DNA of 64,000 nucleotides from an uncultured Bacilli bacterium (GCA_958421325.1 CATZLO010000001.1:7373-71372), one strand, 5' to 3'; counted from the first letter of the stretch, positions 1 to 10,622 are shown. Notes: generated by a model from the sequence alone, not told the origin. A program made the numbers and translations.

Positions 1-643
1 CAAGTTCAAGTAAAAATTCTTCCATATGTTTTATTAGTTTTTTCTCTAAATATTTTTCTAAAATAGGCTTTGGCTCTTTAATATCTAAAAATTCAAATAC
101 GTATGGTTCTTTCAAAATATCCTCTGGTGTTGTTAAAGTTTGCCCTTCTTTTGATAGAGCATATACTTTTTCTTTATTATTCTTGCCTTCAGATAATAAT
201 AATCTTTCAAATAATGAAGTATCTATTTGTCTTTTAAGCTCCCTAACACTCCATTTAGAATTAATACATTCTTTTTCATAAAAATTTCTTTCATCTTCAT
301 TTTCAATGCTTAATAATTCACAATAATGAGACCAGCTTAATTTAACAGACAGTGTCTGTTGTTTTTTGTATGTAAGATAGAATCTACGCATATATTGAAG
401 ATTAGAAACAGAGAAGCCAGAACCTAATATTTTTCTTAATTCTTTTGATAGTTCTTTCATTACTTGCTTGCCATATTCGGCTTTTATATTACCATTTTGT
501 TCATTTTCTACTATTATTTTTCCAACATTCCAATATGCTAATAACATAGTATTATTTACTTCATATGCAACTTTTTGTCTGCTACTTACAATTACTTCTT
601 TTATATCTTCTATTATTTTTTTATTAGTTATTAGGCTTTGCAT
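1..643 (-). CDS. YhcG-like DUF1016 / PDDEXK nuclease-family protein (3' end runs off window start)
   Basis: Minus-strand frame is open from ATG at 641-643 (RBS AAAGAGGAGG upstream) to position 1; translation MQSLITNKKIIEDIKEV...LSWSHYCELL... resembles YhcG/DUF1016; absent from ORF track because the stop is outside the window. Confidence 0.6.
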   Translation of the reverse strand, partial: MQSLITNKKIIEDIKEVIVSSRQKVAYEVNNTMLLAYWNVGKIIVENEQNGNIKAEYGKQVMKELSKELRKILGSGFSVSNLQYMRRFYLTYKKQQTLSVKLSWSHYCELLSIENEDERNFYEKECINSKWSVRELKRQIDTSLFERLLLSEGKNNKEKVYALSKEGQTLTTPEDILKEPYVFEFLDIKEPKPILEKYLEKKLIKHMEEFLLEL

Positions 644-666
644 AAGTAATCCTCCTCTTTGAAATT

Positions 667-1029
667 TTACAACGCTCTCCATTCTACTTTAAACTCATGT
701 TTAAAGTCATTACCCTCTATTTGATATATAACTTCATAAGTAGTATTATCTTTATTTATATTAAACGTTTTCATCGGAACAAAACCTGTTTGTTTTAAAT
801 CTTTTAAAAATACTTCAAAATTAGTTTTTTCATTTTCCACAAATTTATAACTTAATATAGTATCTTCTGTTTCCCTTAACATAATATTATCATCAAGAAA
901 GATAGTTAGGACAGCTTTGTTATCTTGATACTGAATTAAGTTTTTCTTTTCATCAAATGTTCCTTTACCTTCAAAAGGTAATTCTTCATCTTCGTTTTTT
1001 ATTTTCGCTTTTATAAATACGTCTTTCAT
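667..1029 (-). CDS. hypothetical protein, possibly DUF1934 (YwiB-like)
   Basis: 120-aa ORF; size and pattern of alternating beta-strand-like segments recall DUF1934; weak. Confidence 0.4.
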   Translation of the reverse strand: MKDVFIKAKIKNEDEELPFEGKGTFDEKKNLIQYQDNKAVLTIFLDDNIMLRETEDTILSYKFVENEKTNFEVFLKDLKQTGFVPMKTFNINKDNTTYEVIYQIEGNDFKHEFKVEWRAL

Positions 1030-1090
1030 AGATAATCTCCTTTTTTCGTCTTAAATTATAACAAAAAAGTGTTAAAGTTACAACTTTTTG

Positions 1091-1130
1091 GTGTGAATGA
1101 TAGTTTTTTGGTGTGAATGATAGTTTTTTG
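1091..1130. repeat. perfect 20-bp direct repeat x2 (GTGTGAATGATAGTTTTTTG) in promoter region of PBP gene
   Basis: Two identical adjacent 20-mers at 1091-1110 and 1111-1130, 35 bp upstream of the PBP start. Confidence 0.8.
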
Positions 1131-1164
1131 GACATGATATATAAAGAAAGGATTTGATATATCT

Positions 1165-3126
1165 ATGAAAGTTTTAAAAAAGTGTTTAAAAATATTTATA
1201 ATTCTTATAGGACTTTTCATTGTAGGAAATATTTGCGTTTATACTTATGCTAAGTTAAGTCCTAAGATTGAGATAAAGAATGCTAATAGTTTTATGTTAT
1301 TTGATAGTGATAATGAGGTTTTCTTTCAAGGAAGTGGTTCAAGAGAATGGATTGGTCTTGACGATATTTCTCCACACTTGATAGAAGCGACAATAAATAC
1401 TGAAGATAAAAATTTTTATAAACATATTGGATTTGACTACTTAAGAATATTAAAGGCGATGGTTGTTAATATAACTAGTGGTACTACTAGTCAAGGTGCT
1501 AGTACGATTACCCAACAGTATGCTAAAAACTTATTTTTAGATTTTGATAAGACGTGGAAAAGAAAATGGGATGAGATGTGGTATACGATAGAAATTGAGT
1601 CTCATTATAGTAAAGATGAAATACTAGAAGGTTATTTAAATACAATAAACTATGGTCATGGTAAATATGGAATAGAGACTGCTAGTAAATATTATTTTGG
1701 TAAGAGTGCTAAAGACTTAACTTTGGCAGAAGCGGCTATGCTTACGGGTATTCCTAAGTCACCTAGTAATTATTCTCCTTTTGTTAATTTAAAAAAAGCG
1801 ACACAAAGACAACAGGTAATTTTAAAGAAGATGTATGATGAGGGTATTATTAATAAGGCTGAATATAATAAGGCACTTGATCAAGAATTGAAGTTTGTAG
1901 GAGTTGAAGAAGAGGATGAACTTCAAAGTGTTATGTATTATCAAGATGCTGTTATAGAGGAGTTAAAAAGTTTAAAGGAAATACCTGAGTCTTTTCTTGA
2001 AACGGGAGGACTTAAAGTCTATACTAGTCTTGATATGGAGGCACAAAAACAGTTAGAAGAGACTGTTAAAAATACAATGCCAGATAGTGACTTGGAAACT
2101 GCTAGTGTTATGGTTAATCCTAATAATGGCAGAGTTATTGCTTTAGTTGGTGGAAAAGATTATAGTAAGTCGGAATTTAATAGAGCGACAGATGCTAAGA
2201 GACAAGTTGGTTCTACGATGAAAGCATTTTTATATTATGCTGCCTTAGAAAATGGTTTTACTGCTTCTACTACTTTTACTAGTGAAGAAACTACTTTTAC
2301 TTTTAATAACAATCAATCATATTCACCACAAAACTATAATGGTACTTATGGTAATAAACCTATTTCTATGGCTACAGCAATCGCTTATTCTGAAAATATT
2401 TATGCAGTTAAGACACATATGTTTTTAGGAGAAGATACTCTTGTTGATATTGCTAAAAGACTTGGCATTAATTCTAACCTTGATAAAGTTCCTTCCCTTG
2501 CCCTTGGTACTAGTGAGATAGGCATGTTAGAAATGGCTGGGGCATATTCTGCTTTTGCAAATGAAGGATATAAAATCAAACCTCATTTTATTACTAAAAT
2601 TGTAGATAAAGAAGGTACCGTTTTATATGAGGCATCAGAAGAAAAAGAACTTATTCTTAACTCTAGTTTAACTTTTATTTTAAATAATTTATTGACTGCT
2701 ACTTATGATTCTAACTTTATCGATTACAACTATCCTACTGCTGTCAATCTTGCTAGTAGAATGACTCATAAATATTCTTTAAAAAGTGGTACTACTAATA
2801 CTGATAACTGGTATATTGGTTATAACAAAGATATTGTAACAGCGGTTTGGTGTGGATATGATGATAGCCGTGATTTAAAAAGTAGTGAATATAAATATGC
2901 TCAGAATATTTGGCTTAATATGATGGAAGGCTATATGAAAGATAAAGATGATGAATGGTATAGTCAACCTGAAAATGTTGTAGGAGTTTTAGTTAATCCA
3001 ATTACTGGGAAACCTGCTAATGATAGTGATGAGAAAAAAATAATTGAATACTATATTAAAGGAACAGAACCGAGTGCAGATGACCCTGTTTTTGATGAGA
3101 TTAGTGGAAATACTAGTAGTAATTAG
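1165..3126 (+). CDS. class A penicillin-binding protein (GT51 transglycosylase + transpeptidase)
   Basis: N-terminal TM anchor; GT51 motifs (EDKNFYKHIGFD, TITQQYAKN); transpeptidase STMK/SxxK motif; 653 aa. Confidence 0.9.
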   Translation: MKVLKKCLKIFIILIGLFIVGNICVYTYAKLSPKIEIKNANSFMLFDSDNEVFFQGSGSREWIGLDDISPHLIEATINTEDKNFYKHIGFDYLRILKAMVVNITSGTTSQGASTITQQYAKNLFLDFDKTWKRKWDEMWYTIEIESHYSKDEILEGYLNTINYGHGKYGIETASKYYFGKSAKDLTLAEAAMLTGIPKSPSNYSPFVNLKKATQRQQVILKKMYDEGIINKAEYNKALDQELKFVGVEEEDELQSVMYYQDAVIEELKSLKEIPESFLETGGLKVYTSLDMEAQKQLEETVKNTMPDSDLETASVMVNPNNGRVIALVGGKDYSKSEFNRATDAKRQVGSTMKAFLYYAALENGFTASTTFTSEETTFTFNNNQSYSPQNYNGTYGNKPISMATAIAYSENIYAVKTHMFLGEDTLVDIAKRLGINSNLDKVPSLALGTSEIGMLEMAGAYSAFANEGYKIKPHFITKIVDKEGTVLYEASEEKELILNSSLTFILNNLLTATYDSNFIDYNYPTAVNLASRMTHKYSLKSGTTNTDNWYIGYNKDIVTAVWCGYDDSRDLKSSEYKYAQNIWLNMMEGYMKDKDDEWYSQPENVVGVLVNPITGKPANDSDEKKIIEYYIKGTEPSADDPVFDEISGNTSSN

Positions 3127-3170
3127 TATAATTTAAGAATTTATTAATATACTTACTTTGAGAGGATGAT

Positions 3171-3524
3171 TTGATGAATAATAATTTTGATACTTATCCT
3201 AATCAAAGTACTGATCCACCTTATCAAAACTTTGATTATGATTATACACCTAATTTAAATAATATTCCTAATAATAATACTGTTCCTATAAGTGGAGATA
3301 TGGCTTATGCTGAAAATATTTTAGAATTAAATATAGGTAAAGAGGCAAGTTTTTATATGTCATATTCTGATTCGTTGGAATGGCGTGATAGAGTATTTAC
3401 AGGAACTATTGTCGCTGCTGGTAGGGACTATGCGGTTGTTAGAGATAGTAACAACCATAATTTCTTACTTTGGACAGTTTACCTTAATTATGTTGAGTTT
3501 AGAGAAGATATTATTTTAAGATAA
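3171..3524 (+). CDS. GerQ/YwdL-like spore-coat-protein-domain protein
   Basis: N/Q/Y/P-rich N-terminus; C-terminus ENILELNIGKEASFYMSY...VFTGTIVAAGRDYAVVRD...LLWTVYLNYVEF matches the conserved GerQ C-terminal domain. Confidence 0.5.
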   Translation: MMNNNFDTYPNQSTDPPYQNFDYDYTPNLNNIPNNNTVPISGDMAYAENILELNIGKEASFYMSYSDSLEWRDRVFTGTIVAAGRDYAVVRDSNNHNFLLWTVYLNYVEFREDIILR

Positions 3525-3578
3525 TTTACTCTTCTCTTTTTCTTTGTTATAATATGATTATAGAAGGAGAGACGTTTT

Positions 3579-4097
3579 ATGGAGAAGAAAAAGAATTGGG
3601 GTTTTGTTGTCTATTTTGTTATATCTTTATTTATTATTTTAGGATTAATAATCTATATATGTTATGATAAAGGAATAATCTTTAAGTCTGCTAGTGTTGA
3701 TACTACTGAAGTGAAGACTGGGGTTACAAATCATGAGAAAGAAGATCTAGAGAAAAAAGAAGAAGATGGAATACAAGTAAATATACCAAAGTGCTATGGC
3801 ACATATTATGGCGAATATAATGGTATTAGTAACAACGGACTTACTTTAGACTACAAATACACCTATGTTTTAAATCAAGATGGTACTTTTACAGCTGATT
3901 TTGGTAGTGTATCAGGAAGAAGTGGATTTTATTATATTAATGATAATACAATAAGTCTTATTGGTACTAACGATACAGTAGGTCCAAGAGAAGAAAATAC
4001 TTATTATAATACAGAAGATTATGTAATTGCTGATGATTGTTCATATATACTTTATAATGATGGCAATGGTATTTCATTTAAAATGAATAAACAATAG
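3579..4097 (+). CDS. membrane-anchored hypothetical protein
   Basis: 172-aa ORF with N-terminal TM helix, -10 TATAAT and RBS GGAGAG upstream; putative hairpin terminator about 4108-4146 downstream. Confidence 0.5.
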   Translation: MEKKKNWGFVVYFVISLFIILGLIIYICYDKGIIFKSASVDTTEVKTGVTNHEKEDLEKKEEDGIQVNIPKCYGTYYGEYNGISNNGLTLDYKYTYVLNQDGTFTADFGSVSGRSGFYYINDNTISLIGTNDTVGPREENTYYNTEDYVIADDCSYILYNDGNGISFKMNKQ

Positions 4098-4184
4098 ATT
4101 TATTAAGTAGGTAACCTTTATTTTACAAGTTACCTATTTTTTATAGATTTTAACCTTTCACTTTGTTATAATACTATTAGGGAT

Positions 4185-4724
4185 GTGGTACTAATGATTT
4201 ATGTTGTTATTGGGGGAATTGTTGTATTAATTGTTTTAATTTGTGTAATTATTGTTTTGGTATACAAAAATAAATACAACTTTTTATATATTAAAGTTAA
4301 AGAGGCAGATAATAATTTAGATATTTTATTGCAAAAGAAAGAAGAAATACTTTTAAAGATTGTTCCTATTTTAGAAGAGGCTAAGATAAAAGATATTCCC
4401 GAAGTTATAAAATTAAAATCAAAAAAGCTTAATCATCATGAGATGTATAGAGAATTAATGAGTATGACTAGTGAAATTTTAAAGATAATAGATGACTATG
4501 AAGAAATGCTTGATTTTAAAAAACTAGATGCTTTAGTAGATAAATTAAATGAAAATGAAAATGATTTAAGAGCGGCTTTAAAATATTATAATGATAATGG
4601 TGAAGAAATAATTTACCTTTCTCATAAATTCCCGACTAATTTAATTAAAACCTTTTCTCATTATCAAGATATAGAGACTTATAAATTAGAGAAAAGAGAA
4701 ACTTTTGAAATATTAAAACATTGA
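4185..4724 (+). CDS. LemA-like membrane protein
   Basis: N-terminal TM followed by YNxL...LQKKEEILLKIVP pattern resembling LemA family; 179 aa. Confidence 0.45.
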   Translation: MVLMIYVVIGGIVVLIVLICVIIVLVYKNKYNFLYIKVKEADNNLDILLQKKEEILLKIVPILEEAKIKDIPEVIKLKSKKLNHHEMYRELMSMTSEILKIIDDYEEMLDFKKLDALVDKLNENENDLRAALKYYNDNGEEIIYLSHKFPTNLIKTFSHYQDIETYKLEKRETFEILKH

Positions 4725-5266
4725 CCTAATTGCCAATGTTTTTTTTAATGTTTTATTAGATTCATAGTCTTTTCTTAACCCTTCTAATGTTATAGCATTA
4801 TTTTCTATATTAGTTATGATAGTACCATTATTACAGTATATAATTGACCCTGGGACTTCTAGATTTAAGCAATTAACATAGAGGATTAATCTAGTATCAC
4901 TTTTACTTTTTTCTATTAGTTCTTCATGACTTATTCTTTCTCCTAAATAAATTTTTTTAAATATGTTAGGCTTTTTTGTGTTATATCTTTCACCTTTAAT
5001 TTCTACTTTTTTAGTATCATAATATTGAAGGGCAATTACATCACTAGTAAATTGTTCTTTTAATGGAGGTACTTTATCTATGTTCATAAACCTAGAATCA
5101 CAGCTGTTTAATCTTATTACATTTGGAACAAATTCTTTTAGATATGTATGTACTGTTATATCTATTTTGATATTATCTTCTTCAAAATGATAATGATTAT
5201 CATCACGAAGAAATTTTAGATAACCTTTCTATTATTTCTGTTAATTCTTTTACTTTTTCTACTTCT
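4713..5266 (-). pseudogene. hypothetical gene disrupted by a frameshift (N-terminal MEEVEKVKELTEIIERL in one frame, remainder KFLRDDNHYHFEEDN...MNIDKV... in another)
   Basis: Strong RBS AAAGGAGAAG + ATG at 5264-5266 opens a frame that stops after 22 codons; the adjacent frame is open for about 47 codons without ATG and is continuous with the listed 124-aa ORF (4713..5087). Confidence 0.4.
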
Positions 5267-5374
5267 TCCATTTTTTACTTCTCCTTTAAACTTATTTTAG
5301 TTGTTTTTAAGGATTATAGCAAAATATTTTGATTTAATCGTGTCATAAATAACGATATTTTTCCATTTATTTCC

Positions 5375-5412
5375 AGTTTATAGAAAAAGAAAAACTAGTA
5401 GGATTAGTACTA
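5375..5412 (-). terminator. Rho-independent terminator downstream of ung
   Basis: Perfect 8-bp inverted repeat AACTAGTA/TACTAGTT followed (minus strand) by T-rich run TTTTTCTTTTT. Confidence 0.5.
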
Positions 5413-5413
5413 G

Positions 5414-6076
5414 TTAATCTATTTTCCAATCTATTGGTTTTAGGCCTTTAGAGATTAAGAAGTTATTAGTCTTAGAGAATGGCTTACTACCAAAGAACCC
5501 ATTGTAGGCAGATAAAGGTGAAGGATGAGCTGACTCTACTATATAGTGATTTTTATTAGTTATTAGTTTCTTTTTGTTTCTAGCAAAAGAACCCCAAAGA
5601 ATAAAGACTACTGGCTCTTCTTTTTTATCTAATAATTCTATTATTTTATCAGTAAATATTTCCCAACCTTTATCTTTATGAGATGCTGCCATATTCGCCT
5701 CTACTGTTAAGACAGTATTTAGAAGTAATACTCCTTGGTCTGCCCAGGGAATAAGACTACTTGTTTTAGGAAAAGGTATTCCTAAGTCATCATTTAACTC
5801 TTTAAAGATATTTTGTAATGAGGGGGGCTTTCTAATACCATTTTTAACAGAGAAAGATAGTCCTTCTGCCTGATGTTCTCCATGATATGGATCTTGTCCT
5901 AATATTACTACTTTAACATCTTTATATGGAGTATGTCTTAAGGCATTAAACATCTCATTTTTGGGTGGGTAAATAGTCTTTTCTTTATATTCCTTATTAA
6001 CAAAATCTATTAATTTTTTAAAATAGTCTTTATTATATTCTTCTTCTAAATAAATATCCCAATCATTTCCAATCAT
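5414..6076 (-). CDS. ung: uracil-DNA glycosylase
   Basis: GQDPYHG motif and overall UNG family similarity; start set at MIGNDWD with RBS AGGAGG (ATG complement 6074-6076). Confidence 0.9.
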   Translation of the reverse strand: MIGNDWDIYLEEEYNKDYFKKLIDFVNKEYKEKTIYPPKNEMFNALRHTPYKDVKVVILGQDPYHGEHQAEGLSFSVKNGIRKPPSLQNIFKELNDDLGIPFPKTSSLIPWADQGVLLLNTVLTVEANMAASHKDKGWEIFTDKIIELLDKKEEPVVFILWGSFARNKKKLITNKNHYIVESAHPSPLSAYNGFFGSKPFSKTNNFLISKGLKPIDWKID

Positions 6077-6086
6077 ATTTAACCTC

Positions 6087-6542
6087 CTACTTATGATAGT
6101 TTTCATTATTTCTTATTTTATATGTTCTATATAGTTGTTCTAGTAAAATAACTCTAAATAATTGATGAGGAAAAGTTAATTTAGAAAAAGACAGACTAAA
6201 GTTAGCGCGTTTTTTTACTTCTTCGCTTAAGCCATGACTTCCACCTATTATAAAAGTTAAATTACTATTCATTATTTCTAATGAACATAATTTATTAGTA
6301 AATTCCACTGATGATAATTCTTGTCCATTTATGTCAAGAATGATTACATTATCAGTCTCTTTTAGGTGCTTTATAATGAGTTTCCCTTCCTCTTTTTGTA
6401 CTTTATCTATTTCATTATAACTACTATCAGGTAGTTCTACTATGTCTATTTTTGTATATTTGGATAATCTTTTTTTATATTCATCTATTGCATTATTAAG
6501 ATATTTTTCTTTTATTTTACCTACACATATTAACTTTATCAT
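6087..6542 (-). CDS. rlmH: 23S rRNA (pseudouridine1915-N3)-methyltransferase RlmH (SPOUT)
   Basis: 151 aa, MIKLICVGKIKEKYL...TFPHQLFRVILLEQLYR typical of RlmH/YbeA. Confidence 0.9.
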   Translation of the reverse strand: MIKLICVGKIKEKYLNNAIDEYKKRLSKYTKIDIVELPDSSYNEIDKVQKEEGKLIIKHLKETDNVIILDINGQELSSVEFTNKLCSLEIMNSNLTFIIGGSHGLSEEVKKRANFSLSFSKLTFPHQLFRVILLEQLYRTYKIRNNENYHK

Positions 6543-7305
6543 ATATTACCTCTATTTCTTCTAAAGCCTCATTTTGTTTGGCTACCACTATTTTTATGTC
6601 ATCTCTATCTTTTAAGGCTTCTTTTGTTGTATTATAAGCGATTTCTTCTTTGTTATTATGTTCACTTAAATGAGCAAGTATTATGTATTTAGTTTCATCT
6701 CCTACTAATTTTTTTAGATATTTTGAAGTTGTCTCATTTGAAAGGTGCCCCTCATCACTAAGGATTCTTTGTTTTAAATAATATGGATATGGGCCATCCA
6801 TTAACATTTTCTCATCATGATTACTCTCTATATAATAAATATTTTTATTTTCAAGTAATGGGAAATACTTACGATTTAAATAACCTGTATCTGTTATATA
6901 AACTAGAGATTTTTTATTTTCAGTTACTAAGAAACCAACGGATCCTTTAGCATCATGACTTGTTTTAAAAACCGTTATTTCTGTACTATTATTTAAGGAT
7001 ATTAATTGATTATATATTTCTACTCTATCATTATCAATACCTACTGTTAATTCTTTTATAATATCTTTATTAGCATAAATCTTAAATTTTGTATGTTTCA
7101 ATAATACTTTAAGCCCATTAGTATGATCGTTATGAGCATGAGTTAATAGTAAGGCATCTATATCATCTATTGTTAATTTCATCTTCTCTAATTCTTTTTT
7201 TAATCTTTGGAATGTAATTCCTATATCAATAAGAAAGCGAGTGGATTTTGTTTCAATTAATGAACAGTTTCCTTTAGATCCACTCGCTAGTACTTTTATT
7301 TTCAT
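6517..7305 (-). CDS. MBL-fold metallo-hydrolase (YycJ/WalJ-like)
   Basis: HAHNDH metal-binding motif, 262 aa; B. subtilis places walJ (yycJ) upstream of rlmH (yydA). Confidence 0.8.
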   Translation of the reverse strand: MKIKVLASGSKGNCSLIETKSTRFLIDIGITFQRLKKELEKMKLTIDDIDALLLTHAHNDHTNGLKVLLKHTKFKIYANKDIIKELTVGIDNDRVEIYNQLISLNNSTEITVFKTSHDAKGSVGFLVTENKKSLVYITDTGYLNRKYFPLLENKNIYYIESNHDEKMLMDGPYPYYLKQRILSDEGHLSNETTSKYLKKLVGDETKYIILAHLSEHNNKEEIAYNTTKEALKDRDDIKIVVAKQNEALEEIEVIYDKVNMCR

Positions 7306-8822
7306 TAGAATAACCTCATTGGATTTAGTGATGATGATCCTCGGCTATATGGATATCCTCTCCACAATCCAAAGTGAAGATGAACTCCTGTTGCTGCTCC
7401 TGTTCTACCCATTGCTCCTATAGTATCACCCTGGGAAACTTCTTGTCCTACACTTACATATCTTTCTGATAAGTGAGCATACATAGTATAATAACCGTTA
7501 TTGTGATTTATTACTACATACTCTCCATTATCATATTTATAAGTTGAGGCGACTACTATACCATTATTAGAAGCGTAAATTGGTGAGCCAAAACCTGCTC
7601 CTGCAATATCCATACCATCATGTAAAACTCCCCAGCGATATCCATAAGAACTACTTACATAATATGGGGTTCTAGTTGGCCATAACCAGTATCCTTCTAC
7701 TTTAGTGTTACCACTTAAACTACTATTAACACCTCCTGAACCGCCTCTTTGTTTAGTGCCTTTTACTATTATTCTTTTAACTGGTTCCTTTAATACTCTA
7801 GTAGCACTATTGTCAATGACAGCACTTTCTACTTGGCCATTTACTTTCTGCACTTTTGAAGTTACTAGTTGTGAGCCTACTACACCTTCTTGAATTGTTT
7901 CCTCGTAAGTAGAATACTGTGCATTATCATATCTTGTCTCCGTTTCATAGGGAATATCTTGATTTGATACTTGATGATCTATTTCTACTAACCTAAATTG
8001 CGGTTTAATAATACTTATCGTTACATCTTGTCCTTCATATAGAAGATTATTAGCATCTGTAAATTCAGGATTTGCTATTAAAAATTCTTCATTTGATAAT
8101 TTATTATTGAAAGAAACATCACTAATTGTATCTCCACTTTGTACTGTATATTTTTGTTGTTCATCAAGAGTTCCAAATAACAGATATTTACTTAAATCAT
8201 CAACATTCTCATAAATCGTTTCATCAGATGGGATGTTTGTTTCCTTAATTATTACCTTATTTTCTATATAAATATTTTCTATAACTGTACCTATAGAACC
8301 ACTTTCTATTTCTTTTTGTTCGTTATTAAGGTATTTATCATAACTATCACTATCTACAAATGATCTTATAGTCCTATCCATTGCTTCTTGAAATACTTCT
8401 TTATCAAGTACATAGATAGTCCTATTAACGCCTTCTACTTTTTCACCTACTTCATTAGTAGTGTCAATGCCTTCTATAGTTATTTCATAACCCTTAATAG
8501 TAAATGGTTCTATATCTTTAATTTTATTATATATTTCTTCTGTTGTAGATATATTTTCATTATAAGTTACATCTTTTACTATTTCTAAATCTTCTGGAGC
8601 ATATACTTTGTCAGCATTATATTTGTCTTTTAAGGTTTGCTGTTCCATATCTATATATTCATCAAGGGAGTCCTTATCACTAATTAATCCTACTGATTTA
8701 CCTGCTAGATAAACACGATAAACATTTTTAGGAGTTATTGGTTCTTCTTTTGGAACTATAAATATTACTAGTAAACTTACTACTATAGAAACTACTATAG
8801 TAATTATAGCTTTTATATTCAT
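7305..8822 (-). CDS. membrane-anchored M23 family peptidoglycan metalloendopeptidase with LysM-like segment
   Basis: N-terminal TM; C-terminal M23 motifs (HDGMDIA...HLHFG); YTVQSGDTISDV LysM-like. Confidence 0.85.
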   Translation of the reverse strand: MNIKAIITIVVSIVVSLLVIFIVPKEEPITPKNVYRVYLAGKSVGLISDKDSLDEYIDMEQQTLKDKYNADKVYAPEDLEIVKDVTYNENISTTEEIYNKIKDIEPFTIKGYEITIEGIDTTNEVGEKVEGVNRTIYVLDKEVFQEAMDRTIRSFVDSDSYDKYLNNEQKEIESGSIGTVIENIYIENKVIIKETNIPSDETIYENVDDLSKYLLFGTLDEQQKYTVQSGDTISDVSFNNKLSNEEFLIANPEFTDANNLLYEGQDVTISIIKPQFRLVEIDHQVSNQDIPYETETRYDNAQYSTYEETIQEGVVGSQLVTSKVQKVNGQVESAVIDNSATRVLKEPVKRIIVKGTKQRGGSGGVNSSLSGNTKVEGYWLWPTRTPYYVSSSYGYRWGVLHDGMDIAGAGFGSPIYASNNGIVVASTYKYDNGEYVVINHNNGYYTMYAHLSERYVSVGQEVSQGDTIGAMGRTGAATGVHLHFGLWRGYPYSRGSSSLNPMRLF

Positions 8823-8823
8823 C

Positions 8824-10170
8824 TTATTCCTCCTCTATTTCATTTTTACTCATATTCAGGAATGTTGAAGTGTCTTTTTTAAAGAGCAACTGGATTGTTG
8901 CTTGTGGTCCACTACGATGCTTAGCAATAATAAATTCACTAATACTTGTTGCATCATTTTTTTCTTCTTTATTGTAGTAATCATCACGATAAAGAAAACC
9001 AACAAGGTCAGCGTCTTGTTCGATTGAACCTGATTCTCTTAAATCCGATAACATTGGTCTTTTATCTTCTCTTCCTTCAACACTACGAGATAATTGTGCT
9101 AGAGCAATTACTGGAATGTGTAATTCCATAGCTAGTGTTTTTAGGCTTCTTGAAATATCTGCTACTTCTTGTTGACGGTTTGCACCATAGTTTTTACCTC
9201 CTGATATCAATTGTAAGTAGTCGATTATTACTAAATCAAGTCCATCTGTTGATGATGATAACCGACGACATTTAGCACGTATTTCTCCAATTGTTATACC
9301 GGGGGTATCATCAATATAAAGTTTAGCATTACTTAACTGACTAACAGCCTGATCAAATCTCTTCCAGTCATTATTTAACATTTTACCAGTTCTAAGTTTA
9401 TAACCTTCTATTTGTCCAAGAGATGATATTATTCTGTTTGCTAATTGCTCTGCTCCCATTTCAAGGTTAAATACTGCTACTGTTTTATCTGTGTGAGTTG
9501 TAACATAGGTTGCGAGATTTAAAGCAAATGCTGTTTTACCCATACCAGGACGAGCAGCAAGAATTATAAGTTCATTTTCGTGAAGACCTGCTGTTACTTT
9601 ATCAATATCATACCATCCTGTAGGTATACCTGTTATTTCTCCCTTCGATTCAGCTAGTTTTTGTAAGTCTTCTTCTGTTTTTTCTAAAACTCTTTGAATT
9701 GATTTAAACTCACTAGCTTTTCTATTTTTGGCGATAGTTAATATTTTACGTTCTGCATCATCTAAAATATCACCAACGCTTTCTTCACTGTTGTATCCCG
9801 TAGATGCGATTGCCTCGGCTGTTTCTATTAAATTTCTAAGAAGAGAGGTATTTTCTACTTCTTTTATATAATATTCTATATTAGTTGCAGTAGGAACAAA
9901 GGTTGTTATTTCTGTTAAGTAAGTAACCCCACCCACATCATTTAGGCTATTTAATTTAGTTAAAGTAGTAGTTAGAGTAGTTAAATCTACTGGAGTTTTT
10001 TCTTCAACTAATTTTTTTAATGCTGTAAATATTTTGGCATTTCTAGCATCATAAAAATCTGTCTCATCTAAAGCTTCAATAGCCATTAATAATGCATTAT
10101 TTGATAAGAAACAAGAGCCTAAGACACTTTTTTCTGCTTCTAAATTTTGTGGTGCTTGTTTTAAAGCCAT
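8824..10170 (-). CDS. dnaB: replicative DNA helicase (DnaB family; DnaC in Bacillus nomenclature)
   Basis: 448 aa, N-terminal LEAEKSVLGS, Walker A GMGKTAF, conserved DnaB C-terminal domain. Confidence 0.95.
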   Translation of the reverse strand: MALKQAPQNLEAEKSVLGSCFLSNNALLMAIEALDETDFYDARNAKIFTALKKLVEEKTPVDLTTLTTTLTKLNSLNDVGGVTYLTEITTFVPTATNIEYYIKEVENTSLLRNLIETAEAIASTGYNSEESVGDILDDAERKILTIAKNRKASEFKSIQRVLEKTEEDLQKLAESKGEITGIPTGWYDIDKVTAGLHENELIILAARPGMGKTAFALNLATYVTTHTDKTVAVFNLEMGAEQLANRIISSLGQIEGYKLRTGKMLNNDWKRFDQAVSQLSNAKLYIDDTPGITIGEIRAKCRRLSSSTDGLDLVIIDYLQLISGGKNYGANRQQEVADISRSLKTLAMELHIPVIALAQLSRSVEGREDKRPMLSDLRESGSIEQDADLVGFLYRDDYYNKEEKNDATSISEFIIAKHRSGPQATIQLLFKKDTSTFLNMSKNEIEEE

Positions 10171-10180
10171 TATTCATCAC

Positions 10181-10621
10181 CTACTTAACTAAATGTATTT
10201 TTATTTTAGCAATTATATTTTTATATAGTTCTACTTCAATATTATGAAAACCTAAAGATGAAGGAGAGTTTGTTAGTTTAATCATACTTTTATCAAAGTC
10301 ATAACCTTGTTCTTTTAAAGCTTCCTTTATTTGTTTAACACTTATGCTTCCAAATACTTTATCATTATCTCCTGTTTTAACTTTAAATGTTAACGTTACT
10401 TTCTCTAATTTTTCTTTTAAGCTTAAAGCTTCATTTTTATATTTTTCTGCTTCTTCTTTTTTAATTTTAATTTCATCTGCTAGCTTTTCTAAAGATTTTT
10501 TTGTAGATTTAATGGCATAGCCCTTCTTTATCAAAAAGTTTTCTGCATAGCCATCTTTTACTTCTTTTATCTCTCCCTTTTTACCTTGTCCTTTTAAATC
10601 TTTTATAAAGATTACTTCCAT
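10181..10621 (-). CDS. rplI: 50S ribosomal protein L9
   Basis: [31 protein letters not shown]... Confidence 0.95.
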   Translation of the reverse strand: MEVIFIKDLKGQGKKGEIKEVKDGYAENFLIKKGYAIKSTKKSLEKLADEIKIKKEEAEKYKNEALSLKEKLEKVTLTFKVKTGDNDKVFGSISVKQIKEALKEQGYDFDKSMIKLTNSPSSLGFHNIEVELYKNIIAKIKIHLVK

Positions 10622-10622
10622 A

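Noticed and set aside
468-662. 64-aa plus-strand ORF
   Set aside because: Lies entirely antisense within the better-supported YhcG-like gene (complement 1..643). Low-complexity hydrophobic translation typical of AT-rich antisense frames.
7241-8588. Small plus-strand ORFs within the M23 peptidase gene
   Set aside because: Antisense, compositionally biased, no RBS.
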